Virus record (IMG/VR): IMGVR_UViG_3300034520_000378
Reading direction: 5' to 3' (one strand)
Source: a virus
Length of the DNA: 64,000 bases
Part shown: one piece after another, positions 54,133 through 63,595 of the stretch
Layout of the letters: the number at the start of each line of letters is the position of its first letter
Position numbering within the stretch: position 1 is the first letter of the stretch
The notes under the pieces: model-generated
The model's input: the letters and a program-made list of their open reading frames with translations, nothing else
Databases searched by the model: none
What the model was told of the DNA's origin: nothing
Position numbers and translations under genes: made by a program

Positions 54133-57100
54133 CTAATCAGCAAGCAGCATTGCGGGATCTCTGTTGATGTATTCAACCAGGTCACGCGACATGTCATAGC
54201 CCATATGCATGTTGACTTCTATGCCGGCCTTGTCGCTCGGCTCAACATTCACGTCTATGTCTTCTACACCAGCAGCGGAGAGCAGCCTGCGCAGCCGCTC
54301 GGCAATCTCACCAGCATTACCGGGCGTGCGCATATTCATCTTGGGCACGCGTACCGGTACCTGCTGCGCTCTCAGCTTGTCTTCCTCCCAAATGTCAAAC
54401 TCGCCTGGGTCAAGATGCATTTTGTCCACCAGCTTGACGCGCACCGCTTCAAGGTCTACATCCGGACGCCAGCCTTCCCAGGACTCGTCCGGTAGATAGT
54501 GCGTCTTAAAGTATTCCTCAAGCTTGGGCTTCTTTGGTGCTTTATCACCGTGCGCAGGCGCAAGGCCGTAGAACAGCCATTCCGGTGCAACCTTCTTGAG
54601 CTTTTTGTACTCCCACTTGGGCATCTTGAGGAAGTAGCGGAAGTAGCGCCGCTCCTTCTTGGGCAGCGCGACGATAAAGTCACCCAGCGGTTCGCCAGGC
54701 TCGTAACCATACATCGTCTGCTTCATCTGCCTGTAGTAGGCAATCGCCCTTCGCGCCCGCGGTGGTAAGTCCTCTTCAGACACCTCTGGAGACGTCTTCA
54801 GACTGGCAAGCTCGGCATTAATGCTCTTTATGGCGAGCTTCTTCAGCTCGTCCAGCGACCGCTGCACTCTCTTTGCCTTTTCCTTTTCGTCAGCTTCTTC
54901 AGCCTGCGCTCTTGCAAGCTCGTTGGCCTGTTTTATTTCCAGTGCTGCGGTTTCTTGTTCTGTCCTCTTAACAGCTTTGCGTGCCTTTTTCTTGTCATCC
55001 TCTACAGCAAGACGTATGTTATACTTCCTGAGTATCTCAAACAGTTCATCTGTTTGATTGCCCTTCAGCTTCTGTATGGCGCGCTTTGCCTCCATGAGCG
55101 CCCTTTTACGCGCCTTCACGAGCTCCTTGTGCTTGTCCCGCGCTTCAAAGTACTTCTGTACATCAAAGCCCTCTTCTTCAAGCGCACGCTTGCGTTCATG
55201 CTCATACAGACGTCTGTACTTTACGTACTTGAGAATATCAACGTATTGCTCCAGCTCCCACTCGCGCCGCCTCCTGGCCGGAATCCACTTCTTGCCCGTT
55301 ACAACTTGATATGCGGTAGTATACAAGGCCCCGGCACCAACAGTGGCAGCGCCAATCGCCGCACCTATTACCCTGGTCGCCGGTCTTCTCCCGAATAGAG
55401 CACCTATACCCGCACCTAAAAGCATCGCAATAGGCAGGGGCTTAGAGATGAACGACTGGTATGTCGGTATGAGAAAGTCCCTTATGGGGTGCTCCCAGCT
55501 CTGAAAGTTCTTGCCGTATACCTCACGCCTTACCCAGTCCTCATATGCACTGCGCACCTGGAGAAACTTGGTATGAATGGGCGTGTCAAGGTGGGAATTA
55601 TGGACAGCGCATACAAGAGTTGTATAGCTATGATTATCCTCTACTGTGAAGTCGTACACCAGTTTACCTTCGTATTTGACTTCTTCTACTTCTTTAATCC
55701 TGGCGAAGAGAACTCCATCCTGAATAAATGCCCAGCCATTAGTCTCTCGTTTTGATGAAGGTATCTCTTTGCCAAGCAGTTTGGCTAGTTCTCTACCCTG
55801 TTTCCCACCAATGTGCAACATATACCGTTTCTTATGGATGGTGCCGCTTACATCCTTACGAGCCTCCGCTATATGCAGACCCGGTATGAATCCTAAATTC
55901 AGCAACACCATCCTCATAGGAATGATTATGTTAGGCTGGACAGAAACACAGGATACAGTTTCACCTATATGGCCATCGCCGCGGAAATAGCCAACCACCA
56001 ACCCCTTTAGAGCCTCTAAGTCATCAGTAAGTGCTTCCGTGCTAAGCCGTTTATCGACAGTACGCCCCAAAAGTGCATTAAAGAACTCGGTTACTATAGA
56101 ATTCCCAAGGTGCACTATCTGCACATTACAACTGGGCTGATAATGAACAGTGCAACTTACCCCAAACACCTTGCGTGCGCACTCAATAACCTCATTGGCG
56201 TATTCAGTTTCGTTAATGTGAAAAGCAAACTGAACAGCTACAGGTTTGCCTCGCTGAAGCTTAATATGTCCCTCGCTTAGATAGTAACCGAAAAGTGTAT
56301 ACAGCTCACGGGAAACCGGAATGTAGCGATCGACTGGGACACTACTCTTTCTAATAGCGTTTGGATTAAATCCTCCTACTTTAAGGTAGATTTTGTCGTC
56401 GATCACAACCTTGTTGCTTAGGTCAATATAGTCAACAAGGTCAAAAACACGCCTCTTTGGAAGCTTCGCAATAGGCATACACACCCAGTCGTCCTTGCGT
56501 AACTCCTCGGCCTTTATCCATGTTGGTTTATAGGCCGCAGGACAGCCATCACGACATATACTTCGACCAGGAGCACATACGCCGGGCCGGCACCCATTGG
56601 AACCCTTCACAAAAGGACATGACTGCGCTTTGGCGGCATACACCTCATGATTGCCGGTTAGTACTAATGCGTCACTAGTCATCCATGTCCGAATGCGGTA
56701 AACTTTCTCTGATTCGGCTAGCGGACGCTTATGAACACAGACTACCTTATGCCAATTGCCATCCGTAGTGAGCACCAAATCGCCCAGTTTCACTTCCTTA
56801 GCCTGTTTTAGATCATCGTGAGTTACAATTAGCTGGTTTTCGCTGACGCAGAACCGCTCCCATGCCTTACCGAAGGCCCTCTCAAGCCGGCTGAAGCGCG
56901 CCATCACGGCAGCAGGTGAGTAGTCCTTCTCTTTTTCCTTGGCAACCTTCTCCTTAAGCAGGAGCCTGTTGATGTTCTCGCCCTTCACGTATACAACCGC
57001 TTTGATGGGGCTGTAGTCCTTCCTGGCTTTTCTTTCATCATCCGGTTCGTAGTAGATCACTATCTTGGTACCGGGCTTCAGCTTGCTCTGCAGGAGCTCC

Positions 57101-60100
57101 GCTGCACGCTGCGCAGCTTTGTCATCCTTCGCACCGGCAACGTGTATGCCAGCAAACTTTATGGGGATATTAGGCAGTTCCTTGACAAAGATGGTATTGT
57201 TGTCAGCCAGGGACTCTACTGTTACAACACGCTTTTTCAGCTCACGCTCGGCACCAACAAACCTGTAGGGATATATCCTGAGTGGCTCCTTCATCTTGCG
57301 GACCATTTCGCGGATCCGCTTTACCTCTTCCTTCTGCTCGGGCGTGAGCTTTATCTTGCTCATCAGCTTGCTGTACTCTTTGTACTCTTTGCTGTATGGC
57401 GCAACATGTGCTAAGATACGGAACCTGTCCAGAGGGCCGTACAGTTCATAGCGGTTTATGACGCCTTTCTTGTGGAGCTCAATAATCTCAGGATGCTCCT
57501 TGAGGAACCTGGTAAAGTCCTTGTTGTACAACGCCTCATAACCGCCACCGGGAAGCAGCATCTCGCCGTGAGGTAAATACGAATCGCCAGTATGGAAGTC
57601 TATATAATAGTCACGCGGCAGCCACGATGGCATGCGATTGGGAACCGGATTAAACATCTCGCCCCATTTCTCTCTTCTGCCGATAAAGCGCCGCACAATC
57701 TCGTTTACGTTACCGCCAAGCCCGCCCAGGTTTTCCTCCCAGAACCGCCGCCTAATGGAGTATATACCGCGCGCCTCTGCAATGCGTACTTCCTTGTCCT
57801 TGGGCACGTCCTGCGATATACCTGTCGCAGTTTCGGCAAGGAAACCGTAGAAGCCCGCAACCTCGGTAACACTCGACCAAAAGGCCCGCGCTACATCCCT
57901 CGCACTCCCGGGAGCTGTATACTTGCGTCCGTACTCGTCAACTATGTCGCCCTCGGGTGTGATCTCTACACGTACACCACCGGACGTGATGTAGCCACCT
58001 TCAGTGGTCTCTTCTTCGGGCTCTCCAGCCGTTTCGTGTCTTTCAGCTGTCCCTTCCGGCTGTCCAGCTGCACCCTCTAGCCCTCCAACTGCTCCGTATC
58101 CTCCCGATGGCCCGGCTGCTGCCCCGCCACTGGCAGGCGGCTCCACAACTAGGTACTCTCCCTCAGGCAGTTCTCCCTCTGGCCGCCCCTCAAGCTGCGC
58201 CCAAACCTCGGGATGCATCTTCTTCCTCGGCTTTATAAGCCTGCTCACGGCTGTGAGGAGAGGGCCTATAATCGGCAGCTCAACCAGTTCGGGATAATCA
58301 CCAGTGTAGAGGTATGGCCTCTCGTAATAGTGTTTTTCTTCCAGCCAGTACCTGTCCGTCACATATCGCTTAATTGGCGCGGTAGGATAGCGCGGCGTGG
58401 GGATAGGAGCATGAGCAAAGTATTCATCCTCGCTGCCGTACAGGACATCCGTGTACTTCCACTTGGACTTCAGCCGTCGGTACCAGTTGGGTCGCCACGC
58501 CTGGATGCGCCCACCAGTAAAGGGAGTATTTCCCAGCGGCCAATAGCGCCCTTTCCTGACGGGTTCCTCGCCGCTCTCAAACCATTCCTCCATCTCCTCA
58601 GGCGTCTTGGTCATCCAGATGGTGGCATCCTTGACAATCGGCAGCTCGAGGATCTGGTCAGAACCGGGCGTGAGCTGTTGCAGCCTGTCCATAAATCCGG
58701 TCAGGCCGATAGCACTGCTGAGCCGTGACAGTGCAGTCATGGTATACCGATAGGCGTCTGCCAGCAGGAATTCCGGCCTTACACCGGTCAGCTTCTCCAT
58801 CTCGTAATTCAGATAGTGCCATCCGAAAGCAAGGCCGCCAAGCACGAGTGCGCGGCGCAGGAACAGATTGGTGAAGAGGCTGAGCGTGTCACCGGTATGC
58901 TTGGACGATAACCCTAGCCGCGCTTTACCAAGTGAAAGATCCATCCGACCCACGCCTATGTACGGTATGAGCGTTAGCGTGGACACATCCTGAAGTCTGT
59001 GCCGCCCCGCAGTCAGCTGCTTCCAGATCGAACCTAACGAGCTGAAGTCGGCAGCATTAACATAGACCCATGGTTGTTCAATAAAACGCTTTGTGGCCGG
59101 TGGTATGTGGCTCGCACGCTCGGGCCCCAGTGCGTCTATAATCTTACCTATACCGGCCTCCATTGCCTCGAACAGCGGGTTTTCCGCCTCTTTTCTACCA
59201 AGAAACCCTAGCCTTGGATCGTCCCACAGGAATGTGTCCTGGTAGCCTATGTCGAGGGCTCTAAACAGCGGGTCCAGTAAACCTCTCACACCACCGCGCT
59301 TTGTATACTCGTTCATCTCCAGACCCGCCATAGTGCGGATATACTGCAACTTTACGTTACCCAAGCCGTGTATCAAATAGCCCAGCCCTTTGTTTACCTT
59401 TACAAGATCGTCCAGCTTCTGCGGGATGTTCCCTACATCAAACACTTCGCCGCCGATGAACAACAGCTGTCGCCCCAGCTCGTCTATATTACCGGTAAGC
59501 AGCGGCTGACGCTCTGTCACATCAAACAGATAGGTGAATGGACTCCTGTTGATGCCAAGCACGTCGCTCAGGTGCAAAAGTCCAAGGGGATTAAAGTTGA
59601 CTATCGGGATCTGGATATCTTTCTCCAGCCGCTGTATGAACTTTGTAAGCTGTTCGCTCATGCCGCGCATGTCAATCAGTTCGCCGGCCTCATTTATGAA
59701 CAGCGCCGGGTCGACAATAATATTCCCACCGGACAGGCCATAGATCTTTGCAAGCTGTTTCAGCCTGGCAAACTCGGGGACATTAAGCTGCATGATATCG
59801 TCCAGTACTGCATACCTAACCCCGGCAACCTTCTGCATCATGCTCTGCAGCTTGGCATTCGGAGTGAGACGCTTTTGGATCTGCTCCACAATCTTGGCTT
59901 TAACAACGTCCACACCTTGATCGATTGCAGTCTGTGTAACCCCATGCTGCGCGCCCCACGAACTCTTCAGATCGTCAAGCACATCCCGTGATTGTCTCAA
60001 TATCTCTTCCAGATAGAAGTGCGGTTTTTGAGTGCCGTGCTTGTTTTTCACAGCGCTTACAACATACCTTTTTAGTTCTGATGCCTTTCCAAGTGCGGAA

Positions 60101-60360
60101 AGATTCTGCCCCTGCCCCTTGGTGACGTAGTGCTCCCACTGGTATACTCCTTCTATAGCACGCGCAACAGGGCCGGGCTTGTATTTGCTGCTCAGCACCA
60201 TCGTCTTTTGAACGGATGCCTTTAAAAGACCGGTGCGCCAAAACAGGTATCCCCCGGCCAGCAGCCCGCCAACAAGCAGGGCCGTGTTGACCGCCGAACC
60301 TTTTTCCTGCTCCTTTTCGCTGTAGTAGTATGCGTCCTCCCGTTTCCTGTACTTTGCCAT
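54133..60360 (-). CDS. Giant tape-measure-like/ejected membrane protein with an SNase-like domain and an intein
   Basis: Lies after the chaperone-like ORFs and has several TM/glycine-zipper segments. Likely start ATG 60360 (the track gives 60375). Confidence 0.75.
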   Translation of the reverse strand: MAKYRKREDAYYYSEKEQEKGSAVNTALLVGGLLAGGYLFWRTGLLKASVQKTMVLSSKYKPGPVARAIEGVYQWEHYVTKGQGQNLSALGKASELKRYVVSAVKNKHGTQKPHFYLEEILRQSRDVLDDLKSSWGAQHGVTQTAIDQGVDVVKAKIVEQIQKRLTPNAKLQSMMQKVAGVRYAVLDDIMQLNVPEFARLKQLAKIYGLSGGNIIVDPALFINEAGELIDMRGMSEQLTKFIQRLEKDIQIPIVNFNPLGLLHLSDVLGINRSPFTYLFDVTERQPLLTGNIDELGRQLLFIGGEVFDVGNIPQKLDDLVKVNKGLGYLIHGLGNVKLQYIRTMAGLEMNEYTKRGGVRGLLDPLFRALDIGYQDTFLWDDPRLGFLGRKEAENPLFEAMEAGIGKIIDALGPERASHIPPATKRFIEQPWVYVNAADFSSLGSIWKQLTAGRHRLQDVSTLTLIPYIGVGRMDLSLGKARLGLSSKHTGDTLSLFTNLFLRRALVLGGLAFGWHYLNYEMEKLTGVRPEFLLADAYRYTMTALSRLSSAIGLTGFMDRLQQLTPGSDQILELPIVKDATIWMTKTPEEMEEWFESGEEPVRKGRYWPLGNTPFTGGRIQAWRPNWYRRLKSKWKYTDVLYGSEDEYFAHAPIPTPRYPTAPIKRYVTDRYWLEEKHYYERPYLYTGDYPELVELPIIGPLLTAVSRLIKPRKKMHPEVWAQLEGRPEGELPEGEYLVVEPPASGGAAAGPSGGYGAVGGLEGAAGQPEGTAERHETAGEPEEETTEGGYITSGGVRVEITPEGDIVDEYGRKYTAPGSARDVARAFWSSVTEVAGFYGFLAETATGISQDVPKDKEVRIAEARGIYSIRRRFWEENLGGLGGNVNEIVRRFIGRREKWGEMFNPVPNRMPSWLPRDYYIDFHTGDSYLPHGEMLLPGGGYEALYNKDFTRFLKEHPEIIELHKKGVINRYELYGPLDRFRILAHVAPYSKEYKEYSKLMSKIKLTPEQKEEVKRIREMVRKMKEPLRIYPYRFVGAERELKKRVVTVESLADNNTIFVKELPNIPIKFAGIHVAGAKDDKAAQRAAELLQSKLKPGTKIVIYYEPDDERKARKDYSPIKAVVYVKGENINRLLLKEKVAKEKEKDYSPAAVMARFSRLERAFGKAWERFCVSENQLIVTHDDLKQAKEVKLGDLVLTTDGNWHKVVCVHKRPLAESEKVYRIRTWMTSDALVLTGNHEVYAAKAQSCPFVKGSNGCRPGVCAPGRSICRDGCPAAYKPTWIKAEELRKDDWVCMPIAKLPKRRVFDLVDYIDLSNKVVIDDKIYLKVGGFNPNAIRKSSVPVDRYIPVSRELYTLFGYYLSEGHIKLQRGKPVAVQFAFHINETEYANEVIECARKVFGVSCTVHYQPSCNVQIVHLGNSIVTEFFNALLGRTVDKRLSTEALTDDLEALKGLVVGYFRGDGHIGETVSCVSVQPNIIIPMRMVLLNLGFIPGLHIAEARKDVSGTIHKKRYMLHIGGKQGRELAKLLGKEIPSSKRETNGWAFIQDGVLFARIKEVEEVKYEGKLVYDFTVEDNHSYTTLVCAVHNSHLDTPIHTKFLQVRSAYEDWVRREVYGKNFQSWEHPIRDFLIPTYQSFISKPLPIAMLLGAGIGALFGRRPATRVIGAAIGAATVGAGALYTTAYQVVTGKKWIPARRRREWELEQYVDILKYVKYRRLYEHERKRALEEEGFDVQKYFEARDKHKELVKARKRALMEAKRAIQKLKGNQTDELFEILRKYNIRLAVEDDKKKARKAVKRTEQETAALEIKQANELARAQAEEADEKEKAKRVQRSLDELKKLAIKSINAELASLKTSPEVSEEDLPPRARRAIAYYRQMKQTMYGYEPGEPLGDFIVALPKKERRYFRYFLKMPKWEYKKLKKVAPEWLFYGLAPAHGDKAPKKPKLEEYFKTHYLPDESWEGWRPDVDLEAVRVKLVDKMHLDPGEFDIWEEDKLRAQQVPVRVPKMNMRTPGNAGEIAERLRRLLSAAGVEDIDVNVEPSDKAGIEVNMHMGYDMSRDLVEYINRDPAMLLAD
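55597..56850 (-). mobile_element. Intein (418 aa) with a LAGLIDADG homing endonuclease
   Basis: N-junction F|CVSENQLI, block B 'LTGNH', LAGLIDADG blocks 'LFGYYLSEG' and 'VVGYFRGDG', and C-junction 'VYDFTVEDNHSY...VHN|S'. Visibly more AT-rich than its flanks. Confidence 0.95.
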
Positions 60361-60376
60361 ATAAAAAGACCGCACC

Positions 60377-61249
60377 TTAAATCTGTTCAGGATTCAGGTG
60401 CGGTTCTCTCCCCTCCTTTGCCGCATCAACACTGCTCATCTGTTCTGTTTGCTCTTGCTGTTTTGCAGCGTTAGTACTGGAATACACGCGCCAGCTGCCC
60501 GGACCGGTTATAAGCATATCGGGCATCATCTTGGGACGTAGGTCTGCAGGATCAAGCAGTAGCATCGGGTCAATGCCCTGCTCTCTAAGCGCATTCGGGT
60601 CTATCTTCTTGCTGTCCGTATCAGCCGTGTCGTTCAGCAGGTCGAATCTTACCGGCAGCCCGTACAGCACATTGGCCAGCCACTCCGCCCTGACCGCATA
60701 ATCAAGAAGTTTGGCTATCGGCCAGTTGCGCATCTCCTCTATCCGGATGGCGGGAAACATGTGTGCGATGAGCGTTTCAGCCTGGCGCTCAAAACCCTCC
60801 ATCAGCGACCTGAAGCTCTCAAGCTCCTCTGTTAGACGCTTCGGATTCGGCAGGGCGGACATGCGCCATATATCGTCAGCCAGCCGCGTCACCACGCCAG
60901 CAGGAAACGTAGTATAGTCAAAACCGCGGGGATATACCACCGCAGTCTTGCAAATATCGTATACTACATCCTCGCCATTCTGCTTCCTGAGAACAAACTT
61001 GTAGTACTCACTCCTGGCGAGCGGCCGCCATATGAAGAGAATACCATTCAGGTACGAAGTGTATATGTACTCATGCTGCTCCGCCAGGCGCTCTATAAGC
61101 CTGTCGAGAGCATTTACAGCATTATCGGCGGCTCGTAGTTTTCTACGAATCCGCTTGCTTCCATTATTTGTTGTGCCAGAAGCGCTGGAACTCCCGCTTT
61201 GTCCTTTGCCATCTTCTCGTAATTGTATCCCATCGGCCATAATACGCAT
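60377..61249 (-). CDS. Tail assembly chaperone-like protein 2 (start uncertain, possible frameshift extension)
   Basis: Paralogous to the upstream ORF ('FIWRPLARSEY...IC..V.YP...AGV..LA'). Overlaps it by 136 bp in the -1 frame. Confidence 0.65.
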   Translation of the reverse strand: MRIMADGIQLREDGKGQSGSSSASGTTNNGSKRIRRKLRAADNAVNALDRLIERLAEQHEYIYTSYLNGILFIWRPLARSEYYKFVLRKQNGEDVVYDICKTAVVYPRGFDYTTFPAGVVTRLADDIWRMSALPNPKRLTEELESFRSLMEGFERQAETLIAHMFPAIRIEEMRNWPIAKLLDYAVRAEWLANVLYGLPVRFDLLNDTADTDSKKIDPNALREQGIDPMLLLDPADLRPKMMPDMLITGPGSWRVYSSTNAAKQQEQTEQMSSVDAAKEGREPHLNPEQI

Positions 61250-61506
61250 GTCTCACATATTATCTCCTCTCTCTGGAGTGGATCGGTATTAGGCAGGTTC
61301 ACTATCTGTTTGTACTCATAACGGTTAAGCGTGCGCCACACGTAGTAATCATTGCCTATCCTGGATACGTATATCTCGCCTTCCTTGATGATGTTACCTT
61401 CTTCATCAGTGATGGCAAACTGCTTCTTCCAGCTGTCAATCTGACTCTTTAGCGGCCCGCCTGGGAAAATGGGGCCATCGTTACGTTCAATCTTTTCCTT
61501 GGACAT
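61114..61506 (-). CDS. Tail assembly chaperone-like protein 1
   Basis: 'IDSWKKQF...YVWRTLNRYEYK...ICETCVLWP...AGVPALLAQQIMEASGF', between the tube-like and tape-measure-like genes. Confidence 0.7.
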   Translation of the reverse strand: MSKEKIERNDGPIFPGGPLKSQIDSWKKQFAITDEEGNIIKEGEIYVSRIGNDYYVWRTLNRYEYKQIVNLPNTDPLQREEIICETCVLWPMGYNYEKMAKDKAGVPALLAQQIMEASGFVENYEPPIML

Positions 61507-61520
61507 ACATCAACCTCCGT

Positions 61521-63581
61521 TTAGTCAATGTCTCTGGCTATAAATTCGTATACCTCTTCAATCGGCTTCCCCGTGGGATCCAGCACCTGCGTACAGCCCG
61601 TAAGCTGTACGCCTCTTATAGCCTTGACCGTGGTATTGTAGCTTACCATACCGGGGAGCGTATTGCCCCTCTTCTCTACATCGTAAGGCAGCGGTCCGTA
61701 AACTATGTATATATCAAACCCAGTCTCCTGCAGCGCCTTTGAATATTCGCCGCTGTAGAAGAAAGGCTTATAGTGCCGGCTTTGTGCGCGTTCCGGAACG
61801 AACGGATCGCCCCATATCTCGTTCTCATAGTCACTCATGGCTTTATGAGCTCCAGAACTGCCCGATGTTCCGCCTGTTGTACCAGAACCAGTGCTGGAGC
61901 TGCTGCGCGAATTGAGCAGTTCGTTGATCTTTGCCCACGTCTGCGGCCCGACAATGCCGTCTACCACTAGGCCGTACTTTTTCTGGAATGCCTTGACCGC
62001 GGCTTCGGTCTTGGGACCAAATATTCCATCTATGGGCCCCGGATCAAAACCAAGCCGTTTCAGAGCCTCCTGCAGCCTTCTTACATCCTCACCACGAGAA
62101 CCTCGCTTGAGCAGCGGCATTCGTGTGGATTGCCCTGCAGGCGCCGATGAGCTGAGTAGCTCGTTTATCTTACCCCACGTCTTAGGTCCCACAATACCGT
62201 CGACCACCAGGCCGTACCTCTTCTGAAACTCCTTAACTGCAGCCTGAGTCTTGGGGCCGAAAATGCCGTCTACGGCGCCACAGTTAAACCCCAGCTTGTT
62301 CAATGCAGTCTGCAGCCGCTTTACATCCTCGCCGCGGGAACCAAGCTTGAGCAGCGGTGTCGAGGTTGAAGCCGACTGTCCCGCCGAAGACGGCGCCGTC
62401 GGCGCTCTTGAACCCAGCAGCTCGTTTATCTTACCCCACGTCTGGGGACCGACAATGCCATCAACCTTCAATCCATACTTCTTCTGAAAGGCCTTAACAG
62501 CAGCCTGAGTCTTGGGACCAAAGATACCGTCGGCCGCACCACAGCTGAAGCCCAACTGGTTTAAAGCGTTTTGCAACCGCTTTACATCTTCACCGCGGGA
62601 GCCAAGCTTGAGCAGTGTGGCTTGGATCTGCATCGCCCCGCGACCGCTCATTGATGCTCTGTTCAGCAGTTCACTTAACTTTCCCCACGTCTGAGGACCT
62701 ACAATGCCGTCGACTTTTAAGCCGTACTGCCGTTGAAATGCTTTAACAGCAGCTTCCGTCCTGGGCCCAAAGATACCATCGATAGGGCCAGGATCGTGGC
62801 CCAGCTGTTTCAAAGCTGTCTGCAACCGCTTGACATCTTCGCCGCGGGAACCACGCTTCAAAAGCGGGCCAGTACTGGATATCGTTGAGACCGTCTTTGT
62901 ACCCAGCAGTTCGTTTATCTTACCCCATGTCTGAGGGCCTACAATACCGTCAACTTTCAAGTTGTGCGCCTTTTGGAACGCTTTCACAGCAGCCTCTGTT
63001 TTAGGTCCAAATATACCGTCTATAGGCCCCGGATCGAAACCAAGCTGCTTTAAAGCCGTCTGCAGTCTTTTAACGTCCTCACCACGGGAGCCCCTTTTCA
63101 ACAGCACGGTTTTTGAAGGCTGTACTGCTGAAGACTGCACAACCGTCGAAGAAGATTGCACTGCTGGCTGGCTGCCGGAATTAAGCACGTCCTCTATCGT
63201 TCGCAGCGCATCCCTGTGCCATTCCGGTACCGGCTGGTCGCTTAACATATAAGACAATGCAGGGGCATCGCGATTGCCCCCAAGCTCACCTATATGCTCG
63301 AGTACGTTGTAGAGATACCCCGCCTTCCTGAAGGCTATACTAAAGCGGCCCTGTACTAAGCGGGAACCACGCTTGACAGCGTCGTACGTGTACGAAGCGT
63401 AACCATATATGGGCCGCACTTGCTCAACAAGCGTAAACTGGAGGCTGGTGATATCCGCAAGCCACACGTCGCCGAAGTATATGACCACATCGGCCCCGCT
63501 GAAGAACTCCTCCGGAAAGTGCTGATATTCAATTTGCTGTCTTGTATATGCCACACCGGCCGGCGTTTCGTGCGAAGCCAT
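61521..63581 (-). CDS. Tail-tube-like protein with five inserted PG_binding_1 domains
   Basis: Tube-like N-terminal half 'FFSGADV..F...PIYGYAS...G.R.VQG.F.I.F', five PG-binding repeats, and a C-terminal half 'FDIYIVYG...I.GVQLT...PIEEVYEFIARD'. Confidence 0.8.
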   Translation of the reverse strand: MASHETPAGVAYTRQQIEYQHFPEEFFSGADVVIYFGDVWLADITSLQFTLVEQVRPIYGYASYTYDAVKRGSRLVQGRFSIAFRKAGYLYNVLEHIGELGGNRDAPALSYMLSDQPVPEWHRDALRTIEDVLNSGSQPAVQSSSTVVQSSAVQPSKTVLLKRGSRGEDVKRLQTALKQLGFDPGPIDGIFGPKTEAAVKAFQKAHNLKVDGIVGPQTWGKINELLGTKTVSTISSTGPLLKRGSRGEDVKRLQTALKQLGHDPGPIDGIFGPRTEAAVKAFQRQYGLKVDGIVGPQTWGKLSELLNRASMSGRGAMQIQATLLKLGSRGEDVKRLQNALNQLGFSCGAADGIFGPKTQAAVKAFQKKYGLKVDGIVGPQTWGKINELLGSRAPTAPSSAGQSASTSTPLLKLGSRGEDVKRLQTALNKLGFNCGAVDGIFGPKTQAAVKEFQKRYGLVVDGIVGPKTWGKINELLSSSAPAGQSTRMPLLKRGSRGEDVRRLQEALKRLGFDPGPIDGIFGPKTEAAVKAFQKKYGLVVDGIVGPQTWAKINELLNSRSSSSTGSGTTGGTSGSSGAHKAMSDYENEIWGDPFVPERAQSRHYKPFFYSGEYSKALQETGFDIYIVYGPLPYDVEKRGNTLPGMVSYNTTVKAIRGVQLTGCTQVLDPTGKPIEEVYEFIARDID

Positions 63582-63595
63582 ACAGCGCAACGCTC

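Noticed and set aside
47840-60375. Virion RNA polymerase (N4/crAss/phiKZ-like) in the giant ORFs
   Set aside because: I found no DxDGD catalytic motif in either translation; 'DFHTGD' does not fit.
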